Position numbers and translations under genes: made by a program
NCBI GenBank assembly: GCA_963731035.1
Contig: CAVSUY010000003.1
Span: 49,012-113,011, forward strand
Source of the DNA: an uncultured Gammaproteobacteria bacterium
GTDB lineage: Bacteria; Pseudomonadota; Gammaproteobacteria; Arenicellales; JAANXG01
DNA: 64,000 nucleotides
Direction: 5' to 3'
The notes under the pieces: model-generated
Told to the model about the DNA's origin: nothing
What the model saw: the letters and a program-made list of their open reading frames with translations, nothing else
Databases searched by the model: none
In this document: positions 43,698 to 54,964 of the stretch, piece after piece
Layout of the letters: the number at the start of each line of letters is the position of its first letter
Numbering within the stretch: the stretch's first letter is position 1

Positions 43698-44468
43698 ATG
43701 GCTGATCTGGACCCAGACGACAACAACAAGGACTCATTCATCTCGCACCTGGTCGAGTTGCGCGACCGTATTCTGCGTAGTCTGGTGGTGGTCCTGGCCC
43801 TCGTCGTGATAATGGCGCCGTTCGCCAATGATCTGTATGTGATCTTCGCCCACCCCCTCATGTCGATCCTGCCCAAGGGCGACACCATGATCTCCACCCA
43901 GCCCCACGGGCCGTTCTTGGTGCCTCTGAAACTGGTGGTGTCCCTGGCTGTGATCGCCGCCATGCCGTATCTGTTGTACCAGATGTGGGCGTTTGTGGCG
44001 CCCGGGCTGTACGAGAACGAGAAAGCGATCGCCGTGCCGCTGCTGATCTCCAGCACGGTGCTGTTCTACCTCGGCATCCTGTTCGCCTACTTCGTGGTGT
44101 TCCCGCTGGTGTTCGCGTTCTTCACCAGGACCGCGCCGGAAGGGGTGGCGGTGATGACGGATATCGACGCCTATTTCAACTTCTGCATGAAGTTGTTCTT
44201 TGCCTTCGGCGCCTGCTTCGAGGTGCCCATCGCCATTATCATTCTGGTGAAGCTGGGACTCACCACCCCGCAAGCCCTGGCTGCCAAGCGGCCTTACATC
44301 ATCGTCACCGCGTTCGTGGTCGGCATGCTCATGACACCCCCGGACATCTTCTCCCAGACCATGCTGGCGGTACCGATCTGGATCCTGTTCGAGTTCGGAC
44401 TGTGGTTTGCCAGGCGGATACGCCCGCGGGGGCAGGACGAGGAAACCGAAGCCGAAGACGCCGGCTGA
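43698..44468 (+). CDS. tatC: Tat translocase TatC
   Basis: SHLVELRDR, YQMWAFVAPGLY..E and TPPD motifs. Confidence 0.96.
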   Translation: MADLDPDDNNKDSFISHLVELRDRILRSLVVVLALVVIMAPFANDLYVIFAHPLMSILPKGDTMISTQPHGPFLVPLKLVVSLAVIAAMPYLLYQMWAFVAPGLYENEKAIAVPLLISSTVLFYLGILFAYFVVFPLVFAFFTRTAPEGVAVMTDIDAYFNFCMKLFFAFGACFEVPIAIIILVKLGLTTPQALAAKRPYIIVTAFVVGMLMTPPDIFSQTMLAVPIWILFEFGLWFARRIRPRGQDEETEAEDAG

Positions 44469-44530
44469 TGGCCAGTCCTGCGCTCGCGCGCCTTGGCGAT
44501 GGGCATGTCCGATCCCGCTGAACGCTGCGT

Positions 44531-46534
44531 GTGAGTGTGACAAGGGGTACTTGGTTGCTCAATCCTCCCCAACGACGAGCCGTCGAGCATGAAGGCAGTG
44601 CACTTCTGGTGCTCGCCGGCGCCGGCAGCGGTAAGACCCGGGTCATTGCCGGCAAGGTCCTGCACCTGATACGCCAACGGTGCGCCGATCCCCATTCCAT
44701 CCTCGCGGTAACTTTCACCAACAGGGCCGCGCGGGAAATGCGCGACCGTCTCAACCGGGAACTCGATAGCGACAACGCGGCGGCTCTGAACATCTCGACC
44801 TTTCATCGCTTCGGATTGGGTTTTCTCCACCGGCACGGAGACGCTGCGGGGTTGCGAACGCCGTTTTCGATCCTCGACAGCGCCGATTCCTCGCTGGTGG
44901 TGAGCGAGCTGATGCGGGACCAGCTGTCCGGCGAGCGCGGGATCGGAGAGCGCGTTCGGCAGCGAATTTCCTGGTGGAAGAACGACTGGATCGGTGCGGC
45001 GCAGGCTGCCTCCATGAGCCATGACGATCCCGTGGCCCGGGCCGCCGCCCGGGTCTACGGGGATTACAATCGTCAGCTTCGCGCCTACAATGCGGTAGAT
45101 CTCGACGACCTCGTCTACCTACCGGCCGAGTTGCTGGCCGGCGATGACGAGCTGCGCCATGAGTGGCGGGGCAAGATCCGCCATGTGCTGGTGGACGAGT
45201 ACCAGGACACCAACAATACCCAGTACGAGCTGATCCGCCTGCTGGCGGGCGATGGCGCCGGACTGACGGTGGTGGGGGACGACGATCAGTCGATCTACGC
45301 CTGGCGCGGCGCGCGCCCGGAAAACCTCGCCCGCCTGCGGCACGATTTCCCGGGCCTCGAGGTGGTCAAGCTGGAGCAGAACTACCGGTCAACCGGCCGG
45401 ATCCTGGCTGCCGCCAACGGCCTGATCGCCCACAACGAACGGGCGTTCGAGAAACGCCTGTGGTGCGCCCTCGGCCACGGGCCCGCCATTCGCGTGCTGA
45501 CCGCGGACAACGAGGAGCGGGAAGCGGAGCGCATTGCCGGCGCGCTGCTGCACCATCGGTTCCAGAACCGCGGTGCGTTCGCCGACTACGCGATCCTGTA
45601 CCGTTCGAACTATCAGTCACGGATGCTCGAGCAGAAACTGCGGGAGATGCGTATTCCCTATGAAGTCAGTGGCGAGCTGTCGTTCTTCGACCGGCGGGAG
45701 ATCAAGGACGTTCTCGCCTATCTCCGCCTGGTGGTGAACCCGGACGACGACAACGCCTTCCTGCGCACCGTCAATGCACCGCGCAGGGGTATCGGGCCGG
45801 TAGCTCTGGAGCGGCTGGGAGCTGCCGCCGGCCGGGCGGGGACGGCGCTGCTGCGCGCGGTGCAGGCGCCAGAGGCGGCTGAGGCGCTGAGCGTCCGGCA
45901 GATGGCCCCCTTGGTGCGGTTCTCCGACTGGATCCGGGAGCTGGGCGAGCGGGCCGCCGCCGAGCCGCCGCTGGACGTGGTCAAGTCACTGCTGTCGGAG
46001 ATCGACTACGACGGCTGGCTCCTGGAGACTTCCGGCGGCGCCGATCAGGCCGAGCGCCGGCGGGACAACGTCGGTGAGTTGCTGGACTGGATCGGCCGCC
46101 TGCAGCGCAACGAGCCGGCCGCGGACCTGGGGGACCTGCTGGCGCACGTGGCGCTGGTGGGACAGCTCGATCGCGAATCCGACGAGGAACGCGATGCGGT
46201 CACCTTGATGACGCTGCATGCTGCCAAGGGGCTGGAGTATCCGTACGTCTTTATCTGCGGCCTGGAGGAAGAGTTGTTGCCGCATCAGAACAGTATGGAG
46301 CACGCCATCGAAGAAGAGAGGCGGCTGTTGTACGTGGGCATCACCCGGGCGCAGCGGGAGCTGATCCTGAGCTGGGCCCGAACCCGGCGCCGCCGCGGCG
46401 AGGTGGTGGAGCGCCTGCCCAGCCGGTTTCTGGACGAACTGCCCGCTGAGTTGCTGGCCTGGGACGACGCCGAGGCCCGCAATGATTCGGTGGGACAGGC
46501 ACATCTGGACAATATCAGGACACTTCTGGGGTAG
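44531..46534 (+). CDS. rep: SF1 DNA helicase Rep/UvrD
   Basis: LAGAGSGKT, LVDEYQDTN, VGDDDQSIYAWRGA, LEQNYRS and TLHAAKGLE motifs; 667 aa with no UvrD C-terminal tail. Confidence 0.85.
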   Translation: MSVTRGTWLLNPPQRRAVEHEGSALLVLAGAGSGKTRVIAGKVLHLIRQRCADPHSILAVTFTNRAAREMRDRLNRELDSDNAAALNISTFHRFGLGFLHRHGDAAGLRTPFSILDSADSSLVVSELMRDQLSGERGIGERVRQRISWWKNDWIGAAQAASMSHDDPVARAAARVYGDYNRQLRAYNAVDLDDLVYLPAELLAGDDELRHEWRGKIRHVLVDEYQDTNNTQYELIRLLAGDGAGLTVVGDDDQSIYAWRGARPENLARLRHDFPGLEVVKLEQNYRSTGRILAAANGLIAHNERAFEKRLWCALGHGPAIRVLTADNEEREAERIAGALLHHRFQNRGAFADYAILYRSNYQSRMLEQKLREMRIPYEVSGELSFFDRREIKDVLAYLRLVVNPDDDNAFLRTVNAPRRGIGPVALERLGAAAGRAGTALLRAVQAPEAAEALSVRQMAPLVRFSDWIRELGERAAAEPPLDVVKSLLSEIDYDGWLLETSGGADQAERRRDNVGELLDWIGRLQRNEPAADLGDLLAHVALVGQLDRESDEERDAVTLMTLHAAKGLEYPYVFICGLEEELLPHQNSMEHAIEEERRLLYVGITRAQRELILSWARTRRRRGEVVERLPSRFLDELPAELLAWDDAEARNDSVGQAHLDNIRTLLG

Positions 46535-46688
46535 CCCGCCGACCCCAAACCCAGGAGCGTTTGCTATAATCGCGCGCTACTGCCGGGAAGCCGAATCTAA
46601 AGCCATAACCCAACCGGTCCGTGGTCCCCGGCCTTAAGTGTCCCCTATTGGCGGAAACATAATTCGAAATCACTCGTCAGGAGTACTC

Positions 46689-47288
46689 ATGGCCGAAGAT
46701 CATGTAGACAAGCATCGGCGCCGTTTCCTCACAGCTGTCACGACCGGCGTAGGTGCGGTTGGGGGCATCGCAGCGGCGGTCCCCTTCGTGGTGAGTATGA
46801 CCCCCAGCGCGCGGGCGAGAGCGGAAGGGGCGCCGGTCCGGCTCGAGATCGGCAAGCTGGAGGCCGGCCAGATGCTGCGCGAGCAGTGGCGCGGTCAGCC
46901 CATCTTCGTGGTCAACCGAACCAAGGCAATGCTGGATTCCCTCGACAAGGATACGGATCTGCTTCTGGATCCCAAGTCCACCGCCGACCAGCAACCTTCC
47001 TACGCGGATAACAAGTACCGGTCGATCAAGCCGGAGTTCCTGGTGGTGATCGGGGTATGCACGCACCTGGGATGCGTCCCGGTCCAGAAGTTCACCATGG
47101 GTGCTGATTCTGGGATGGGCGCGGACTGGCCGGGCGGCTTCTTCTGCCCCTGCCACGGCTCCAAGTACGACCTCTCCGGACGCGTGTTCAAGAATGTGCC
47201 CGCGCCGCTCAATCTGCCGATTCCGCCATACAGGTTCGAGACCGACACGACCGTGGTCGTGGGCGAAGATCCCAAAGGAGCAGCGTGA
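46689..47288 (+). CDS. petA: Rieske Fe-S subunit of the bc1 complex
   Basis: RRRFL Tat motif, CTHLGC and CPCHGS. Confidence 0.96.
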   Translation: MAEDHVDKHRRRFLTAVTTGVGAVGGIAAAVPFVVSMTPSARARAEGAPVRLEIGKLEAGQMLREQWRGQPIFVVNRTKAMLDSLDKDTDLLLDPKSTADQQPSYADNKYRSIKPEFLVVIGVCTHLGCVPVQKFTMGADSGMGADWPGGFFCPCHGSKYDLSGRVFKNVPAPLNLPIPPYRFETDTTVVVGEDPKGAA

Positions 47289-48659
47289 TGGCCAAATTGC
47301 TTGCATGGGTGGACGAGCGTTTTCCACTGACCAAGGTGTGGAACGAGCACCTCGCCGAATACTACGCCCCCAAGAACTTCAATTTCTGGTACTACTTCGG
47401 CTCCCTCGCGCATGCTGGTGTTGGTGCTGCAGATCGTTACCGGCATCTTCCTGACCATGCATTACAAGCCGGACGCGGATAAGGCGTTCGCCTCGGTGGC
47501 CTACATCATGCGCGATGTCCCCTGGGGTTGGCTGATGCGCTACCTGCACTCGGTGGGCGCCTCGATGTTCTTCGTGGTGGTTTACCTGCACATGTTCCGC
47601 GGTCTGCTGTACGGCTCGCACCGTGGTCCCAGAGAGCTGGTCTGGCTGCTTGGCTGCGTAATATTCGTGGCGCTGATGGCGGAGGCCTTCATGGGCTACC
47701 TGCTGCCCTGGGGCAATATGTCCTACTGGGGAGCGCAGGTCATCATCTCCCTGTTCGGCGCGATACCTTATGTCGGCGACGCCTTGTCGGAATGGATTCG
47801 GGGCAGCTTCGTAGTAACGGACGCCACTCTTAACCGGTTCTTCGCCTTCCATGTGATCGCGATGCCCCTGATCCTGGTGGGATTGGTGTTCCTGCATATC
47901 GTGGCGCTGCACAAGGTGGGCTCCAACAACCCGGACGGCATCGACATCAAGAAGAACAAGGACGCCAACGGCATCCCGAAAGACGGCATACCGTTTCATC
48001 CCTATTACACGGTGAAGGATCTCGTGGGCGTGGTAGGTTTTCTGATCATCTACCTGTCGATCGTGTTCTTCGGGCCGGAGTTCTTCGGGTTCTTCCTGGA
48101 GAAGGACAACTTCACTCCGGCGAATCCATTGCAGACGCCCGTCGACATCGTGCCGCTGTGGTACTTCACCCCTTTCTATTCGATTCTGCGCGCCACGACC
48201 GAGGACCTGATGTTGTTCGTGCGCGGCTTGGTCGTTCTCGCCGTGATCGTCGCTTTCGTCCGTACAAAGGGCTTCACTGGTCGCGTGGTGGCGGCCGTTA
48301 TCGGGATCGCGCTTCTCATCGGCACCTTCGTGTTCGTCCCGAAGTTCTGGGGGGTGATTTTGATGGGGTCGTCACTGGTCGCCTTGTTTCTGCTTCCCTG
48401 GCTGGATCGGTCCCCGGTGCGGTCGATCCGGTATCGCGGCTGGATGTACAAAACAGCGCTGACGGTGTTTGCGTTGAGCTTCATTATCCTCGGGTACCTC
48501 GGCATGCATAAGCCGAATGAATTCAGCCTGTTCCTGTTCAAGAACGTTATATGGGCGCAAGCCTGCACCTTGGTCTATGCCTTGTTCTTTATCCTGATGC
48601 CGCTGTACAGCGTGTGGGATAAGACCAAACCTGAACCGGAAAGGGTGAATTTCAAATGA
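47288..48659 (+). CDS. petB: Cytochrome b, frameshifted near 47411 (probable sequence error or pseudogene)
   Basis: The N-terminus YAPKNFNFWYYFGSLA and the continuation MLVLVLQIVTGIFL..RYLHS..GYLLPWG.MSYWG..RFFAFH..PLWYF lie in different frames. Confidence 0.9.
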
Positions 48660-49372
48660 AGAAGTTAATGCTAATACTCATCCTGGCCGTGGTCCCCGTT
48701 CTTTGCCAGGCAGCGGAGGAATCGGAGCCCCTGGACTCGGTATACATCAATCTGGACGACAAGGCTTCGCTGCAACATGGCGCCACACTGTTCGTGAACT
48801 ACTGCTTGTCGTGCCACAGCGCGGCGTTCATGCGCTATCGCCGGATGGGCGATGATCTGGGCATCAGTGAGCAGAACCTGCGCAAGTACATGATGTTCGC
48901 TGCCGACAAACCCGGCGATCTCATGAAGGTGGCGATGCCCGCAGCCGAGGCCAAGAAATGGTTTGGGACGGCGCCGCCGGACCTGTCGCTGATTGCCCGC
49001 CAGCGCAAGCCCGAGTGGATCTATACCTACCTGCGGAGTTTCTACCGTGATCCGAGCACCAAGACTGGCTGGAACAATACCTTGTTTCAAAACGTGGCGA
49101 TGCCCAACGTGCTTTACACCCTCCAGGGCGTACAGCGCCTGGCGGGCCATGACGAGGACGGGCGACCCCAGTTCGAGTTGGAGAAACCCGGCAGTTTGAA
49201 GCCGGAGGAATACGACAAGGCGATTCAGGACCTGACCAATTTCCTGGTCTACCTCGGTGAACCGGCCAAGCTCGAACGCTACAAGGTCGGCGGCATCGTA
49301 CTGCTGTTCCTGGTGGGTTTCTTTACGTTGGCTTCGTTCCTGAAGAAGGAATTCTGGAAGGACATACACTAG
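48656..49372 (+). CDS. petC: Cytochrome c1
   Basis: NYCLSCH, PPDLSL, VAMP motifs and a C-terminal TM helix. Confidence 0.95.
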   Translation: MKKLMLILILAVVPVLCQAAEESEPLDSVYINLDDKASLQHGATLFVNYCLSCHSAAFMRYRRMGDDLGISEQNLRKYMMFAADKPGDLMKVAMPAAEAKKWFGTAPPDLSLIARQRKPEWIYTYLRSFYRDPSTKTGWNNTLFQNVAMPNVLYTLQGVQRLAGHDEDGRPQFELEKPGSLKPEEYDKAIQDLTNFLVYLGEPAKLERYKVGGIVLLFLVGFFTLASFLKKEFWKDIH

Positions 49373-49415
49373 TCCATCCATCAGTGGGCTCTCGAGCCGG
49401 AAACTAAGAGAGGTT

Positions 49416-50045
49416 ATGGTTACATCAGCGGGTCGCCGGTCGGTGATGGCGCTGTTTTCCGCGCCCGACTGCATATTCAGTCACAGTTGTCGGTTCGTGC
49501 TGGTCGAGAAGGCCGTCGACTGCGACATCGTCGACGTCAGCGACCGGGAAGCGGCCTACGAACTGGCGGAGCTGAATCCATACAATGAGACCCCCACGCT
49601 GGTCGACAGGGAACTGGTGATTTACGGCGGTCAGATCATCATCGAGTACCTGGAGGAACGCCTTCCCCACCCGCCCCTTATGCCCGTCGATCCTGTGAAC
49701 CGGGCCAGGGCCCGTCTGATGATGATGCGTTTCGAACGTGAATGGATCAGCACTTACGCCAGGGCGGTGGAGTCCGGGAGACGCCTGACGGATGAACAGC
49801 TCAAGGAAATGCGCGACGGCCTGATCTCCATGTCACCGGCGTTGGCGGAGCAGCACTACATGCTCGGCGACGAGTTCAGCCTGGTGGATTGCGTGGTCGC
49901 TCCGTTCCTGTGGCGGCTGCCGGCCATGGGGATCGAGCTGCCCCACCAGGCGCGCTCCGTCACCGACTACGGGAAGCGGTTGTTCGACCGGCCGGCGTTC
50001 AGCGCCAGCCTCACCGACTTCGAGAGGGAGATACACCGCACGTGA
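49416..50045 (+). CDS. sspA: Stringent starvation protein A
   Basis: LNPY..PTLVDREL..EYLEERLPHPPLMPV; synteny with petABC. Confidence 0.9.
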   Translation: MVTSAGRRSVMALFSAPDCIFSHSCRFVLVEKAVDCDIVDVSDREAAYELAELNPYNETPTLVDRELVIYGGQIIIEYLEERLPHPPLMPVDPVNRARARLMMMRFEREWISTYARAVESGRRLTDEQLKEMRDGLISMSPALAEQHYMLGDEFSLVDCVVAPFLWRLPAMGIELPHQARSVTDYGKRLFDRPAFSASLTDFEREIHRT

Positions 50046-50428
50046 TCTCTACGAAGCCGTATCTTATCAGGGCCATCCGCGACTGGGCGCTGGACAACAG
50101 TTTCACGCCCCAGATCCTGGTAGACGCCACCGTCGATGGGGTCCGGGTCCCGCAAAGTCATGTGTCCGACGGGCAAATCGTGCTGAACATTGCCGACCAG
50201 GCAGTGGAGACGCTGGAGATGGGCAACGATTTCCTCTCCTTTGCCGCCCGGTTCAACGGCTCGCCTCACAATATCGACGTGCCGGTTGAATCGGTGCTGG
50301 CGATCTTCGCGAGAGAAAACGGCCAGGGCATATTCTTCAAGGAGCCGGACGGTTCCCCCGATCCGGACGGGAACGACGGGCAGGACTCCGTGAAGTCCCC
50401 CAAGCCCAATTTGAAGCTGGTGAAGTAG
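50042..50428 (+). CDS. sspB: ClpXP adaptor SspB
   Basis: STKPYLIRAI..DNSFTP..IVLNI..ARENGQG..PNLKLVK. Confidence 0.93.
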   Translation: MISTKPYLIRAIRDWALDNSFTPQILVDATVDGVRVPQSHVSDGQIVLNIADQAVETLEMGNDFLSFAARFNGSPHNIDVPVESVLAIFARENGQGIFFKEPDGSPDPDGNDGQDSVKSPKPNLKLVK

Positions 50429-50495
50429 GAGAACAGGCCGCGGAAAGGGTCCGGGGTTCCCGGCGCCCTGGATTCGCGCGTGGCTCCGGGTGAGC

Positions 50496-50524
50496 CTTGA
50501 ATCCACGAACTTCCATCCCCATCA
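50496..50524 (+). promoter_or_regulatory. Sigma-32 (RpoH) promoter of hslVU
   Basis: CTTGAAT-N14-CCCCATCA against the consensus CTTGAAA-N13/14-CCCCATNT. Confidence 0.75.
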
Positions 50525-50577
50525 ACGATTTTCTACGTCTCGACATTCAACCAGTCCAACTTTCGGGAAGCATCCGC

Positions 50578-51126
50578 ATGTCATACGACCCACACGGGAC
50601 GACTATCCTTTCCGTGCGCCGCGACGACCAGGTGGTTATCGGGGGAGACGGACAGGTCTCCCTGAACACCACTGTGATGAAGAGCAATGCCCGCAAAGTG
50701 CGGCGCTTGTTCAAAGACCGTGTGCTGGCGGGTTTCGCAGGCGGTACCGCCGATGCCTTCACCCTGTTCGAGCGGTTCGAGGGCAAACTGGAGAAGCACC
50801 AAGGCAACCTCATGCGCTCCGCGGTGGAGCTGGCTAAGGACTGGCGTACGGACCGAATGCTGCGGCGGCTGGAAGCGCTGCTGGCGGTTGCCGACATGGA
50901 GGCGTCCCTGATTATCTCCGGCAACGGCGACGTCATTGAGCCGGAGGCCGGCATCATGGCGATCGGCTCCGGTGGGCCCTATGCCCAGTCGGCGGCGAGG
51001 GCACTGTTCGAGAACACCGAGCTGGATGCGCGGACCATCGTCGAGAAGAGTCTGAACATTGCCGCCGATATATGCATCTATACCAACAGCAACCTCACTA
51101 TCGAAACACTGGGAGGCTCCGACTGA
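50578..51126 (+). CDS. hslV: Protease subunit HslV
   Basis: [31 protein letters not shown]. Confidence 0.96.
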   Translation: MSYDPHGTTILSVRRDDQVVIGGDGQVSLNTTVMKSNARKVRRLFKDRVLAGFAGGTADAFTLFERFEGKLEKHQGNLMRSAVELAKDWRTDRMLRRLEALLAVADMEASLIISGNGDVIEPEAGIMAIGSGGPYAQSAARALFENTELDARTIVEKSLNIAADICIYTNSNLTIETLGGSD

Positions 51127-51127
51127 T

Positions 51128-52459
51128 ATGTCGTCGTTGACGCCGAGAGAGATCGTCGAAGAGCTGGACAAGCACATCATCGGCCAGGACGCCGCCAAGC
51201 GCGCAGTGGCCATTGCCTTGAGAAACCGGTGGCGCCGGCGGCAGGTGCCCGATGAAACGCTGCGGACCGAGATCACTCCCAAGAACATCCTGATGATCGG
51301 GCCCACGGGTGTTGGCAAGACGGAGATCGCGCGCCGCCTTGCCAGGATGGCGCACGCGCCCTTCACCAAGGTCGAGGCCTCCAAATTCACCGAAGTGGGC
51401 TACGTTGGACGCGACGTCGACTCCATCGTCCGGGATCTCATGGACATCGCGGTCAAGATGTCCCGCGAGGATGCCATGAACAAGGTGAGGCCCCGGGCCG
51501 AGGATGCTGCCGAGGAGCGGGTTCTCGACATACTCGTGCCTCCCGCTCGGCAGTACGATGGGGCTACCGTCGAGTCCGGCGACGACAGCGCCGGCCGCCA
51601 GCACTTCAGAAAGATGCTGCGCGAGGGCACGCTGGATGACCGGGAGATCGAAATCGAGGTCTCCCAGGCGGGCATGGGGGTGGAGATTTTCGGACCTCCC
51701 GGCATGGAGGAGATGACGAGTCAGCTGCAGAACATGATGCAAAACCTCGGCGGCCAGCGTAAGAAGCACCGCAAGGTTACGGTCAAGGCTGCTATGAAGC
51801 TCCTGACGGAGGACGAAGCGGCGAAGATGATCAACGAGGAGGAGACCAAGGAAGGGGCCCTGGAGCGGGTAGAGCAGGATGGGATCGTCTTCCTGGACGA
51901 GCTGGACAAGATCGTGGGTCGTTCGGAAACCCATGGTCCCGATGTCTCACGGGAGGGCGTGCAGCGGGACCTGCTGCCGCTGGTGGAAGGCTCCACCGTC
52001 TCCACCAAGTACGGGATGGTCCGCACCGACCATATCCTGTTCATCGCTTCCGGCGCTTTCCAGCTCAGCAAGCCCTCCGATCTTATCCCCGAGCTCCAAG
52101 GCCGGCTGCCGATTCGCGTGGAGCTGGATGCCCTGACGGCGGACGATTTCGTACGCATCCTGACGGAGACCGACGCTTCCCTGACCGAGCAGTACACAGC
52201 GTTGATGGCGACCGAGGATCTGAGCCTGCGGTTCACCGAGGACGGGGTTCGACGCATCGCCGAGGTCGCCTTCCGGGTGAATGAACAGACCGAGAACATC
52301 GGCGCCCGGCGCCTGCACACGGTGATGGAGCACGTCCTCGAGACCGTGTCCTTCGAGGCCACGGACCGCGCCGGTGAAGTTACCATCGATGCCGGGTACG
52401 TCGACGAGCACCTGGGCGACATCCTCCAGGACGAAGATCTAACGCGCTACATTCTGTAG
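51128..52459 (+). CDS. hslU: ATPase subunit HslU
   Basis: [29 protein letters not shown] and [11 protein letters not shown] motifs. Confidence 0.97.
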   Translation: MSSLTPREIVEELDKHIIGQDAAKRAVAIALRNRWRRRQVPDETLRTEITPKNILMIGPTGVGKTEIARRLARMAHAPFTKVEASKFTEVGYVGRDVDSIVRDLMDIAVKMSREDAMNKVRPRAEDAAEERVLDILVPPARQYDGATVESGDDSAGRQHFRKMLREGTLDDREIEIEVSQAGMGVEIFGPPGMEEMTSQLQNMMQNLGGQRKKHRKVTVKAAMKLLTEDEAAKMINEEETKEGALERVEQDGIVFLDELDKIVGRSETHGPDVSREGVQRDLLPLVEGSTVSTKYGMVRTDHILFIASGAFQLSKPSDLIPELQGRLPIRVELDALTADDFVRILTETDASLTEQYTALMATEDLSLRFTEDGVRRIAEVAFRVNEQTENIGARRLHTVMEHVLETVSFEATDRAGEVTIDAGYVDEHLGDILQDEDLTRYIL

Positions 52460-52490
52460 CGCCATCTTCAACGGTCCGGTTCCCGAAGCC

Positions 52491-52569
52491 CGGATCGTAG
52501 GAGCGGCTTCAGCCGCGATAGACACGTCCACGCCAAGAAGATCGCGGCTGAAGCCGCTCCTACGATCCG
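52491..52569. repeat. REP family A inverted doublet (perfect 29-bp arms)
   Basis: cggatcgtaggagcggcttcagccgcgat (52491-52519), 21-nt spacer, exact reverse complement (52541-52569). Confidence 0.88.
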
Positions 52570-52605
52570 CGGTTTCCGACCCGGGCGTCTCCACGGCAGC
52601 CCGCA

Positions 52606-52633
52606 CTTGAAATCTCCCTGCCGGACACCATAT
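52606..52633 (+). promoter_or_regulatory. Sigma-32 promoter of the first Hsp20
   Basis: CTTGAAA-N13-CACCATAT. Confidence 0.75.
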
Positions 52634-52689
52634 CGGAATCAACCACGCAGCGACGTGCTGCATTGATGACCATTTTAGGAGGTTTCCAA

Positions 52690-53148
52690 ATGAACCAGTT
52701 AGCTCGCACACCTGAAAGCGGCTCCCTGTGGGGCGCCCTCGATGACTTCGACAGCCTGTTCGACGATTTCTGGCGTCCGCTTGGCCGTGCTCGCCAGGGC
52801 GCCGGAAACGGTGGGGCCTTTGCTCCGGCCCTCGACGTCACCGAAACCGAGAGCGAGTACCGCGTGCGCGCGGACTTGCCGGGTATCAAGAAAGATGACC
52901 TGGACATCAGCATTCAGGACGGGGTGTTGACCATCAACGCCGAAACCAAATATGAAGACGAGGCGAAGAAGGAAGGCCGGCTCATCAGGCAGGAGCGCCG
53001 GTATGGGAAGTTCGTGCGGTCCATGCGCCTCGGCGACTCCGTGGACGTCAGCAAGGTGAAGGCCGAATACAAGGACGGAGTGTTGAGCCTGGTGCTGCCC
53101 AAGGCCGAGGAAGTCCGTCCGAAGCGCATAGACGTCAAGGTCGGCTGA
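52690..53148 (+). CDS. Hsp20/alpha-crystallin protein 1
   Basis: PALDV.E..ADLPG..ERRYGKFVRS..AEYKDGVL.L.LPK. Confidence 0.94.
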   Translation: MNQLARTPESGSLWGALDDFDSLFDDFWRPLGRARQGAGNGGAFAPALDVTETESEYRVRADLPGIKKDDLDISIQDGVLTINAETKYEDEAKKEGRLIRQERRYGKFVRSMRLGDSVDVSKVKAEYKDGVLSLVLPKAEEVRPKRIDVKVG

Positions 53149-53179
53149 ACACGGTCTGCGCTTTCGCGATCCAGCCAAG

Positions 53180-53207
53180 AAAAGGCCGCCTAAGGGCGGC
53201 CTTTTTT
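53180..53207 (+). terminator. Intrinsic terminator (possibly bidirectional)
   Basis: aaaaggccgcc-taag-ggcggcctttttt. Confidence 0.85.
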
Positions 53208-53255
53208 GTCGGCGGAGCGCCCGTTGGGGAACGGCGGCACCGCGACTGTGGAATG

Positions 53256-53269
53256 ATGACTCAGATCAA
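53256..53269 (+). promoter_or_regulatory. Putative FNR/Anr/Dnr box upstream of the second Hsp20
   Basis: ATGAC-TCAG-ATCAA against TTGAT-N4-ATCAA (8/10 match). Confidence 0.5.
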
Positions 53270-53424
53270 TGTCCGGTGCGCGGCGGCGTTGTATCTTGCG
53301 CTCGCATCAGCACCGGGTCGGTTCTTCCACCCCGCGACTTTGCCAGCCCGGGCTGGCGGAAAATCGTCCTTGGTTTCGATACAGCCCCGGCAGCGCATGG
53401 GCGGTAACCATTTGGAGGCTAGCA

Positions 53425-53868
53425 ATGAAAGACATTACCCAAAGCTCCGAGCGTCGGACCCCCAGGGGGTTGTTCGGCGACTTCGACGACATATTCGATG
53501 ACTTCTGGCGTCCCGTCCGGCGCGAAAACGGAGGCGCCTTCGCGCCCGCCGTGGACGTGAGGGAGTCCGACGCCGAGTATCGCATCCGCGCCGATCTCCC
53601 GGGTGTCGAGAAAGACGACCTCGACATCAGCCTGCAGGACGGCGTGCTTACCATCAACGCCGAGACCAGGCAGGAGAAGAAGGAAGAGAAGGAAGGCCGT
53701 GTCATTCGCCAGGAGCGCCGCTGCGGCAAGTTTGTCCGCTCCATGCGACTTGGCGACACCGTGGATGCCGACAAGATCAAGGCCGAATACAAGGACGGCG
53801 TGCTGGATCTGGTCCTGCCGAAGACCGAGAAGGTGAAGGTCAAGAAAATCGACGTCCAGGTCAAATAG
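53425..53868 (+). CDS. Hsp20/alpha-crystallin protein 2
   Basis: Paralog of the preceding gene; GGAGG RBS before the ATG at 53425. Confidence 0.94.
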   Translation: MKDITQSSERRTPRGLFGDFDDIFDDFWRPVRRENGGAFAPAVDVRESDAEYRIRADLPGVEKDDLDISLQDGVLTINAETRQEKKEEKEGRVIRQERRCGKFVRSMRLGDTVDADKIKAEYKDGVLDLVLPKTEKVKVKKIDVQVK

Positions 53869-53891
53869 CTCCATTTACATTGCGTTGTCTT

Positions 53892-53919
53892 GGGGCCGCA
53901 TTGCGCGGCCCCTTTTTTT
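53892..53919 (+). terminator. Intrinsic terminator
   Basis: ggggccgc-attgc-gcggcccc-ttttttt. Confidence 0.85.
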
Positions 53920-53927
53920 GGGTATAG

Positions 53928-54866
<939 letters not shown>

Positions 54867-54883
54867 GCGCCGTCTTTGCGTTC

Positions 54884-54939
54884 CGTCATTGCTATGTCTG
54901 TCTGGATTGCCGCGTCGCCTTCGGCTCCTCGCAATGACG
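54884..54939 (-). repeat. Palindromic repeat family C
   Basis: The reverse complement of 54903-54939 is cgtcattgcgaggagccgaaggcgacgcggcaatcca; a second cgtcattgc at 54884 closes a hairpin. Confidence 0.7.
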
Positions 54940-54964
54940 CCGGCACTGTCGCCGCACGAGACCG

